DNA of 20,000 bases, from the IMG/VR virus record IMGVR_UViG_3300020050_010858; one strand, written 5' to 3'. Position numbers and translations under genes: made by a program. Under the pieces are notes generated by a model. That model ran no database searches and had not been told where the DNA came from. It worked only from the letters and a program-made list of their open reading frames with translations. The number at the start of each line of letters is the position of its first letter. Positions within the stretch are counted from its first letter, which is position 1. Positions 7,699 to 14,335 of the stretch are shown piece after piece. The DNA comes from an uncultured virus (IMG/VR IMGVR_UViG_3300020050_010858). Its lineage: Duplodnaviria; Heunggongvirae; Uroviricota; Caudoviricetes.

Positions 7699-7921
7699 AG
7701 TGAAATACTCCGAAACCCATGAAGCGTGGTGGAAGGATGGAACACGCATCCGTAAATCCTACTTCTGCAACTGCATGAAGTGCGGAGTAACCAACAAGGG
7801 TCTGTGCGGACATCAGACGCCTGCGCTGGCTGTCAGACATTGGAACACCCGCAGTCAGGCTAACGCAATAGGTGAGGCACGGGCGGACACCGACACCTCG
7901 CCGCAAGATCAAACTCTCTAG
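7610..7921 (+). CDS. Lar-like (restriction alleviation) Zn-ribbon protein
   Basis: LLGCPFCGGEA ... CMKCG ... AVRHWNTR pattern. Confidence 0.75.
   Translation: MDTTTQTPSVATSALLGCPFCGGEASATGEVKYSETHEAWWKDGTRIRKSYFCNCMKCGVTNKGLCGHQTPALAVRHWNTRSQANAIGEARADTDTSPQDQTL
7635..7660 (-). repeat. attC-like half-site (right arm only)
   Basis: CCGTTGCCACCAGT GCCTT GTTAGGA resembles the right arms of sites 1, 5 and 7; no complementary left arm upstream. Confidence 0.55.
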
Positions 7922-7981
7922 CCACCATGCCACTCCGAAACAACACCGCCCCGCCCGTTGCTCTCGACCGACTTGTTCGGG
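7858..7981 (-). repeat. attC-like site 7 (124 bp)
   Basis: GGCTAAC GCAAT AGGTGAGGCACGGGCGG ... CCGCCCG[T]TGC[T]CTC[G]ACC GACTT GTTCGGG; three extra bases (T,T,G). Confidence 0.85.
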
Positions 7982-8238
7982 ATCTCATTTCGCGGGCGAG
8001 AGATCAGAAACGCCGCACCCGCCAACGACTGCGTGACATGGAGGGAGATTTCATCGCGGAGCCGACTCGCGGCCCCATCCAACGCAATGGCAGGCGGTGC
8101 ATCCGCTGGCACTTCTGGCAGGCATCCCGCGCCAAACATCAGGCCATCACCGACCAAATCACGGCGGTCAAATCATGTATCCCGAACACCGTAACGGTGT
8201 GGGACACGAAGGCGGACAAAGAAGTCTATCGCGCATGA
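7927..8238 (+). CDS. hypothetical Arg-rich cassette protein (103 aa)
   Basis: Start in the loop of site 7; stop overlaps the HTH gene ATG. Confidence 0.6.
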   Translation: MPLRNNTAPPVALDRLVRDLISRARDQKRRTRQRLRDMEGDFIAEPTRGPIQRNGRRCIRWHFWQASRAKHQAITDQITAVKSCIPNTVTVWDTKADKEVYRA

Positions 8239-8450
8239 ACTGGGCTGCACAATTCGTCGAAGCACGCGGCAGCCTCACTCAAGCGGAGGCTGCCGCTTCC
8301 ATTTCCGCGCTCCTCTCTGTGCGCACCGTTGAAGATTGGGAACTCGGTCGCAGGCAACCTCCAGCTTGGGTGCAAGCTCTCGTGCTCGCTGTTCTTCGGC
8401 GGGCGGCGGGGAGGAAAACCGCTCGCGCGAAAACCGGAGCAAGGAAATGA
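8235..8450 (+). CDS. XRE/Cro-like helix-turn-helix protein (71 aa)
   Basis: LTQAEAAASI...SVRTVEDWELGRRQPP; ATG 8235 preferred over the track start at 8097. Confidence 0.85.
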   Translation: MNWAAQFVEARGSLTQAEAAASISALLSVRTVEDWELGRRQPPAWVQALVLAVLRRAAGRKTARAKTGARK

Positions 8451-8559
8451 ACGACGACATGAGCCACTGCGAAGCCAGCCCCGCCGCAAAATGACCGCCC
8501 AAGCCACATCCCGGCCCGAGTCCAACCGCGTAGCGGTTGGCTCGATGGGCTTGTTGGGC
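8446..8559 (-). repeat. attC-like site 8 (114 bp)
   Basis: AATGAAC GACGA CATGAGCCACTGC ... GCGGT[T]GGCTC[G]ATG GGCTT GTTGGGC. Confidence 0.8.
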
Positions 8560-8829
8560 GATGTCCTCCCTGGTCAAAAATTCCGCTTCCCTCACAGGAA
8601 AGAAGGCGCGCCGGTCTATGAAATGCTATCGCGCGGAAGCTGGAAGGCTGGAATGCAGGTCCGCAGAACGTGGCCGGATGGATGCTCTGACGAGGTGACG
8701 CTCTCAAAGAAATACCTGCGCGAGGAAGTTATATTTATTCAGCCCAACGATAAGGTCAGCGACGGCGGGCCGCTGACTCCCGAATCCAAACAAGACGCGA
8801 ACCCGCCGTTCGCTGCACCGCTTGGTTAG
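8491..8829 (+). CDS. hypothetical cassette protein (112 aa)
   Basis: ATG 8491 in the loop of site 8; reads through site 9. Confidence 0.6.
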   Translation: MTAQATSRPESNRVAVGSMGLLGDVLPGQKFRFPHRKEGAPVYEMLSRGSWKAGMQVRRTWPDGCSDEVTLSKKYLREEVIFIQPNDKVSDGGPLTPESKQDANPPFAAPLG

Positions 8830-8831
8830 CC
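8742..8831 (-). repeat. attC-like site 9 (90 bp)
   Basis: GCCCAAC GATAA GGTCAGCGACGGCGGG ... CCCGCCGT[T]CGCTG[C]ACC GCTTG GTTAGCC. Confidence 0.9.
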
Positions 8832-8834
8832 CTT

Positions 8835-9080
8835 ATGACACTACAACGCAAACTCACTCAATGGACGGAATGTGTGCCGGAAGAAATGGCGAAGATGTCG
8901 CCAGCGGCAATCCAATACGCACTGGCCGACGCCAAGGCGGACATAATCACAATGGCGAAACTCCTGTGCGAAGCCGGATACCCGCGCCGTGGAACGCCGG
9001 AAGAATCCCAAACCATCTATGACTACGCCGAGAAGGTGCAAACGCTCATCCCGCACGCCGATGCCGTCGAGTTGGGCTAA
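8835..9080 (+). CDS. hypothetical cassette protein (81 aa)
   Basis: ATG just after site 9; stop TAA lies in the GGCTAAC core. Confidence 0.7.
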   Translation: MTLQRKLTQWTECVPEEMAKMSPAAIQYALADAKADIITMAKLLCEAGYPRRGTPEESQTIYDYAEKVQTLIPHADAVELG

Positions 9081-9106
9081 CGCAATAGGTGAGGCGCACG
9101 GGCGGA
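9075..9106 (-). repeat. attC-like half-site (left arm only), near-copy of 7858-7887
   Basis: GGCTAACGCAATAGGTGAGGC[GC]ACGGGCGGA; no right arm downstream. Confidence 0.75.
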
Positions 9107-9139
9107 AAGCGCCACGTCGCCACGCCAGAAAGGAATGAA

Positions 9140-9370
9140 ATGACTCCTGAACATCTGACGCGATTGCAGTTCCAGTTCGCGTCGATAAAATCATGGATAG
9201 AAATAAAGCCAAAAGAAGCTCAAGCAGCGCTACTAGCATTAATTCCTAAGCGCAACGATTATCGAATTTGGGCCATACTTGAAATGGTCTGTTTATATGA
9301 CTCAGAAGATAGCGCCGAGAAGAAAAATATTGAGCGCACAATTTTGGAGATTTTAAGAAATAAATTATGA
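9140..9370 (+). CDS. hypothetical protein
   Basis: AAAGGA RBS before ATG 9140; ATGA overlap downstream. Confidence 0.55.
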   Translation: MTPEHLTRLQFQFASIKSWIEIKPKEAQAALLALIPKRNDYRIWAILEMVCLYDSEDSAEKKNIERTILEILRNKL

Positions 9371-9606
9371 GTGAAGAATCGAAATGCGAATCTATGTGCG
9401 AGGGGAGATATACAGCCACTGGGCATTGCTTGTGTCACGCCACACATAGCGAAGATGTAGTGCCTAGAGAGCTTGCCATAAGGCTCGAAAAAGAAGTCCA
9501 CATTCTAGAGGCGGCATTAAAGGCGACTAAAGGTAAACGCATGGGGCATGTTGAGGATATTGTAAAAAAGGCCCTCCGTGAAGTAGAGAGGATGAGGAAA
9601 TTATGA
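9367..9606 (+). CDS. hypothetical protein (79 aa)
   Basis: ATGA overlaps at both ends; C-terminal coiled-coil character. Confidence 0.55.
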   Translation: MSEESKCESMCEGRYTATGHCLCHATHSEDVVPRELAIRLEKEVHILEAALKATKGKRMGHVEDIVKKALREVERMRKL

Positions 9607-10043
9607 GTGTTTGCAGAAATCACAATCCCTACGACAGATGGACGTATGACCACCAATGCCCTGTTTGTTTATCAAAGACCATTGACGAGAAAGACGCGAC
9701 CATCGCCGAGCTGAATGCGCGGGTTAAGGAGCTGGAGGAGAATGTGCGGGAATCTCAAAAACAAGACCAGAGCACTCTCTCCGAGTCTAACGAGCGGCTG
9801 AGAGAACATATAACCTCCCTAAATTGTGGTGGCCGCGATGGAATTGATGTTTGCACGGAAGATAGTGCATGTTTTGTCCACTCAGCACTCTCCGACACGC
9901 CATCCGGCCAGCGGTTTGTTAAGAGGGAGGTTTTGGAGGGCGTTATGGCAGTTGCCAGATTTGGAAGTATGGAGCAGTCGCCACCCGGATTTTCGGACGA
10001 TCAAATTGATGCAGCCCAGGCCGAGCTGGATAGGACGAGGTGA
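9603..10043 (+). CDS. hypothetical coiled-coil protein with Cys pairs (146 aa)
   Basis: CPVC; heptads KDATIAELNARVKELEE. Confidence 0.6.
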   Translation: MSVCRNHNPYDRWTYDHQCPVCLSKTIDEKDATIAELNARVKELEENVRESQKQDQSTLSESNERLREHITSLNCGGRDGIDVCTEDSACFVHSALSDTPSGQRFVKREVLEGVMAVARFGSMEQSPPGFSDDQIDAAQAELDRTR

Positions 10044-10131
10044 GTTAAACCCGAATCCTTAATTGGTAATACAGGGGATTGATAAGGGGTTCTTGACGAA
10101 GTATGTCAAGCCTGAAATGCTATCTACACTT

Positions 10132-10542
10132 ATGGGCCGCCCTTCAAAATATACTCAATCTCTTGCTGATGAGATTTGCGAGCGACTTTCTAAATGTGAG
10201 CCCCTGGCTGGGATATGCAGGGGGGAAGGGAAGCCAACAACTCAAACAGTCAATGCTTGGGTTCGTGATAATGAATCTTTCGCCATCGCATACGCGCGCG
10301 CGAGAGAGGAAGGGTTTGACGAAATAGCAATGGATTGTCTACATATCGCTGACGAGACAGGGCAGGATACTAAATACACTGACTCAGGCGAACAGGCAGA
10401 TAGCGAATGGATCACTCGCAGCCGACTACGTGTTGAGACGCGCCTGAAACTTTTGGCTAAATGGTCTCCCAAGAAATACGGTGACAAAATTGAGCACGAT
10501 CACCAAGGCGGCATCAAGGTTGAGGTGCTTAAAAATTGGTGA
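10132..10542 (+). CDS. terS: terminase small subunit
   Basis: GRPSKYT..LADEICERL, YARARE, RLRVETRLKLLAKWSPKKYGDK; directly upstream of terL. Confidence 0.88.
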   Translation: MGRPSKYTQSLADEICERLSKCEPLAGICRGEGKPTTQTVNAWVRDNESFAIAYARAREEGFDEIAMDCLHIADETGQDTKYTDSGEQADSEWITRSRLRVETRLKLLAKWSPKKYGDKIEHDHQGGIKVEVLKNW

Positions 10543-11861
10543 CTGTTCATCTCCCGTACAAGTTTACGCCTCGCGACTACCAGAAGCCGCTTTTCAAGGC
10601 TATCGTTGAGGACGGGGTTAAGAGAGCCGCTTGTGTTTGGCATCGACGAGCAGGAAAGGACAAAACCTTTCTGAATATCCTTGCGATCATGGGCATGTTG
10701 ACCAAGGCGAACTACGCCTATTATTTTCCAACTGCTGTTCTTGGCCGGAAAGCTCTTTGGGATAATATTGATGCTCGCACAGGAATGAAGGTTATTGACC
10801 ATCTCCCTTCCGATATCGTCGAAAAAAAGAATGAGCAGCAAATGAAGATCACGCTTGTGAATGGCTCGATTATCCAGGTGCTTGGAACCGACTCTTTAGA
10901 CGTGGTTGGAGGAAATTATTATGGCGTTATCTTTTCGGAAGCAGCACAGCAAAACCCGTTAGCTTGGGATTACACACGGCCAATTTTGAGAGAGAACGGC
11001 GGTTGGGCGCTTTTAAATGGCACTCCGAGAGGAAAGAATTGGTGGTACAAGCTTTTCACCAAGAATATCACAAACCCCGCATGGTTTTGTCAGTATCTCA
11101 CCATCGACGATACGAAGGCGTTAACCGAGGTTGATATTAACGAAGAGCGCAAGGCAGGAATGAGTGAGGATCTTATAAAGCAGGAATATTATTGCGACTG
11201 GACCATTGGAATGCCTGGCGCCATTTATGCACAACAGATCGAAAGAGCGCGTTTGGAAAAACGAATTTGCGACAACGTAATGTGGTTTAAGGAGTTGCCT
11301 GTTTACACTGTTTTTGACGTGGGAGCACCACTGAATCAAAAGTGTTGGGTATTTCAAATGGTGGGAGATCGTATTAATTATCTTGAATTCCTATCTGGGG
11401 ACAACGATTGCAAAACGCCTGCTGATTGGTCCGGAAGGCTGCGACTAAGGCCCTATAGCTACGGCTCGCATTTCATCCCGCACGACGCCTGTACTGAGAA
11501 CGGTGGATTGTGGCAGGGCGGATTTGAAACAGCGGGACTATCTCATGTTGTGGGAGTCCCTCGTCAAGTATCTGTATGGGATGGGATCAATCTTGCGCAA
11601 GACGCGTTCCCCCGAATATTTATGAACGCCAGTGGATGCGAAAAGGGAATCGAGGGACTAGCGGCCTACCACTCCAAAGAAGAAAAAGACGGGGCAACTA
11701 TCAGTAATGTGCCGGTCCATGATTGGGCGAGTCATGCCGCTGATCCTTTCAGTCTTTCTCATCAAGCCATTCACAAAGGACTTGTTCTGGATCGCACATC
11801 AGTAGCCCGCAAGCCTCGCAATCGTATGGCCGGAAAAGTCCTCTCAGGATATCGCGGATAA
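10536..11861 (+). CDS. terL: terminase large subunit
   Basis: PRDYQ, Walker A HRRAGKD, Walker B-like VIFSEAA, GTPRG, nuclease VFDVG and HDWASHAAD. Confidence 0.95.
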   Translation: MVTVHLPYKFTPRDYQKPLFKAIVEDGVKRAACVWHRRAGKDKTFLNILAIMGMLTKANYAYYFPTAVLGRKALWDNIDARTGMKVIDHLPSDIVEKKNEQQMKITLVNGSIIQVLGTDSLDVVGGNYYGVIFSEAAQQNPLAWDYTRPILRENGGWALLNGTPRGKNWWYKLFTKNITNPAWFCQYLTIDDTKALTEVDINEERKAGMSEDLIKQEYYCDWTIGMPGAIYAQQIERARLEKRICDNVMWFKELPVYTVFDVGAPLNQKCWVFQMVGDRINYLEFLSGDNDCKTPADWSGRLRLRPYSYGSHFIPHDACTENGGLWQGGFETAGLSHVVGVPRQVSVWDGINLAQDAFPRIFMNASGCEKGIEGLAAYHSKEEKDGATISNVPVHDWASHAADPFSLSHQAIHKGLVLDRTSVARKPRNRMAGKVLSGYRG

Positions 11862-11878
11862 TTTTTTTGCCCTATATG

Positions 11879-11892
11879 TCAGATTCACTTGC
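11879..11892 (+). promoter_or_regulatory. 14-bp motif TCAGATTCACTTGC, copy 1
   Basis: Intergenic; identical copy at 15739-15752. Confidence 0.55.
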
Positions 11893-11922
11893 AAAAGTAA
11901 TTCACTCTCGTTTATCGTTTCA

Positions 11923-12366
11923 GTGGCTCCAATGTATAACGTAAATTCTTCAGGAAATAGCCTGAGCACATCCATTTTGGCGGGCAAGAATTCGGGCGGC
12001 TCTCCCTCTCCGAATCTCACCGGCTTGTCGCCTATTGATTCGCTGATAACGACCCTTACTCAATCCATTGCGCAGCAGGGAACGCTTGCTCGGAAGTCGC
12101 TCTTGCAGTCCCGGAAAGCCCTTAAGCAGCAGCGCAAACTCGGTAAAGCCGAGCTCGCATTTTATCAGAAACAAGCCGCGCAGATGCAGGTTCAACCAGC
12201 GCCGGAAGTTTCTAGCCTTTCGAGCGCAGAAGTTTTGCAAGCACAACGCCAGGTTTCGATCGATGCCTCACGGAAGAAGGGCCTTAGAAAATCCATAATG
12301 GCAGGGGACACAGGGGCTTCACCGCGGTTTCAAGGATCAGGAGCGTCGGCTCCTATTTTAGCATGA
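11923..12366 (+). CDS. hypothetical protein preceding the portal
   Basis: Ser/Gln/Ala-rich with RKKGLRKSIMAG; ATGA overlap with the portal; start could be ATG 11932. Confidence 0.65.
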   Translation: MAPMYNVNSSGNSLSTSILAGKNSGGSPSPNLTGLSPIDSLITTLTQSIAQQGTLARKSLLQSRKALKQQRKLGKAELAFYQKQAAQMQVQPAPEVSSLSSAEVLQAQRQVSIDASRKKGLRKSIMAGDTGASPRFQGSGASAPILA

Positions 12367-14042
12367 CGCGCAAATCCCCGATAGACATTGCTCAAGGCGT
12401 TCTGGATAGATGGGATGCATTGTCGACGGAGCTAGGAATTTGGCGAACAAACTGGCAAGACATCGCCACATATATTCAGCCTCGCAAGGCTAGCATTCAG
12501 ATATCGCGTTCATACCCTGACACCAATACTCAGGCACAACTTTTCACATCGACGGCCATCCGGGCCAATCAGACGTTAGCAAATGGCATGGTGTCGATGA
12601 TGACACCAGTAGAGTCGCCCTGGTTTGCCTTCGATGCGCCCGCGAGCCAGAAGACATCTGGGCCTGTAAAGGCGTGGTATTCAGAATGCACAGAGATCAT
12701 TCAAGCGCTTTTAGCGGCTTCGAATTTCTACACCGAAGTGCATGAAATGTTTTTGGATCGTGGCGGGTTCGGCACGGCTGCAATGCATATCGAGGTCGGC
12801 AAGAAAAACCTCTTTAACTTTACCAATCTAGGCATTGGATCTTACGCGCTCTCTGAAAACGACGAGGGGTATGTAGACAGTGTCATTCGTGAAATGCCGA
12901 TGACGATTAAGCAGGCCGTTCAAAAATTCGGTATCGATAACGTCAGTGAGAAGACCCGCAAAAAATTCAACGACCCAGGAAACAAAAAGGGCCGTGAAGA
13001 AAAGATCACAATCATTCATGCGATTTATCCTCGTGCTGATGGTGAATATGAGGCCGGCAAGATAGGTCCAGAAAACATGCCGATCGCCTCTTGCTACGTG
13101 GAAAAAGAGGGCCCACATCTCATTGAAGAAGGCGGCTACCAAGAGATGCCGACACTTGCGACTCGTTACCTCAAGTGGGGCGATGGGTTTGTTTACGGAT
13201 GGTGCCCTTCCTGGTTTGCGCTACCGGATGCCCGGCAATTGAATTTCTTGGAAAAGATGATGGATGCTCTCGCTGAGAAAGCCGCATTCCCTCCGATGAT
13301 TGCGCCGGCCTCTATGGAGGGTGTAACGACGGTGGATGTTCGCGCCAACGGGGTAACGTACGTTGAAGGCGACGAGCAGGCGACGTTGCGCGAGTGGCAG
13401 ACTCAAGGAAGATACGATATCGGCAAGGATCGAGTACTGCTCAAAGAGCAGGCTATCAAAGAAGCTTACCACAATGACCTGTTTCGCATGTTCAGCGAAT
13501 ACGAGGGCCCGCAGATTACAGCGTACGAGGCCAGTCTGAAGCAGGGAGAGAAGCTTATTCAGTTCTCCCCTACGAACACCCGACTTACTACTGAGTTTTT
13601 CAATCCTCTCTTGCAGCGCCTTTGGGGGATTGCTATTCGCGCAGGAGTACTTCCGCCACCACCGGAAGAGGCTGTTCAAATTGGAGCCGATCAGAAGGGT
13701 TATATCCCTGAGCCCGAGATCACCTATACCTCTCGAATCGCACTGGCGATCAAGTCTATAGAGACAGATGCATTTCTTAAGACGATTCAAATTTTGTTGC
13801 CTATATCGGAACTAAGGCCGGAAGTTTTTGACTACCTCAACTTCGACCAGGCGACTCCGGACATCGCTCGTAACAACGGGACCCCGTCGCGGTGGATAAC
13901 ATCGGACGAGGAAGTTCAAGCCATTCGCCAGGGACGAGCGGCGGCCGCGGAACAGGCACAAGCGATGGAGGCGCAGTCTATGGCAGCCAATACCATTAAA
14001 ACGGCTGCGCAGGCGCAATCTGAGACCCTCAAAGCAGCATGA
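12363..14042 (+). CDS. portal (head-tail connector) protein, podovirus T7/BPP-1-like type
   Basis: 559 aa; A...LANGMVSMMTP...PWF, SNFY.EVHE...D.GGFGTA, YGWCP, ITAYE motifs; follows the terminase. Confidence 0.93.
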   Translation: MTRKSPIDIAQGVLDRWDALSTELGIWRTNWQDIATYIQPRKASIQISRSYPDTNTQAQLFTSTAIRANQTLANGMVSMMTPVESPWFAFDAPASQKTSGPVKAWYSECTEIIQALLAASNFYTEVHEMFLDRGGFGTAAMHIEVGKKNLFNFTNLGIGSYALSENDEGYVDSVIREMPMTIKQAVQKFGIDNVSEKTRKKFNDPGNKKGREEKITIIHAIYPRADGEYEAGKIGPENMPIASCYVEKEGPHLIEEGGYQEMPTLATRYLKWGDGFVYGWCPSWFALPDARQLNFLEKMMDALAEKAAFPPMIAPASMEGVTTVDVRANGVTYVEGDEQATLREWQTQGRYDIGKDRVLLKEQAIKEAYHNDLFRMFSEYEGPQITAYEASLKQGEKLIQFSPTNTRLTTEFFNPLLQRLWGIAIRAGVLPPPPEEAVQIGADQKGYIPEPEITYTSRIALAIKSIETDAFLKTIQILLPISELRPEVFDYLNFDQATPDIARNNGTPSRWITSDEEVQAIRQGRAAAAEQAQAMEAQSMAANTIKTAAQAQSETLKAA

Positions 14043-14335
14043 TTGAAGACGTAAAACTCGCCGTTGAGAAGCGTCGGCGCAAGCAGATTCAAATCAATGC
14101 TTATCACAGGACATTCGGGACGCCTGACGGCAAGATAGTTCTTGCGCAGCTTTTAGAGCAGTTCCGATTTGATCGGCCGACATTCGTAAAAGTCGCCGGG
14201 AAATACTGCCCTATTGAAGCCGCAATTCGTGACGGAAACAGGGAAATTTATCTACACATATTGGAATTCCTCAAATTACCCGTCGATGGCGACGCGAATA
14301 TCAATACCGCAAAACCAGCAGTGAAAGCAGAATGA
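14039..14335 (+). CDS. Bbp19-like small protein following the portal
   Basis: YHRTFGTPDGKIVLAQL ... AIRDGNREIYLHI. Confidence 0.7.
   Translation: MIEDVKLAVEKRRRKQIQINAYHRTFGTPDGKIVLAQLLEQFRFDRPTFVKVAGKYCPIEAAIRDGNREIYLHILEFLKLPVDGDANINTAKPAVKAE

Larger units (their letters stand above)
3940..9106 (-). mobile_element. integron-like gene-cassette array without an integrase in the window (CALIN-like); ORFs antisense to the attC-like sites
   Basis: Nine complete AAC-N5-arm...arm-N4/5-GTT hairpins, each with 2-3 extra bases on the same arm, spaced one ORF apart; cassette ends complementary. Confidence 0.85.

Noticed and set aside
3940..9106. Reading the hairpins as intrinsic terminators, REP elements or CRISPR repeats
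   Set aside because: No U tracts, ORFs read through them, sequences are non-identical, spacing is gene-sized, and the cassette-end complementarity is explained only by site-specific recombination.
3940..9106. Minus-strand ORFs as the true cassette genes in canonical orientation (e.g. 4449..4775, 5655..5987, 6776..7303)
   Set aside because: The recognisable families (DUF1643, methyltransferase, Lar-like, HTH) are all on the + strand; minus ORFs lack motifs and often ignore cassette boundaries.
10924..10947. Walker B 'SE' instead of 'DE' in terL as a sign of inactivation
   Set aside because: The catalytic Glu and all other motifs are intact and the ORF is full length, so nothing indicates loss of function.
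13221..13790. 189-aa minus-strand ORF
   Set aside because: Antisense to the portal gene with no motifs.
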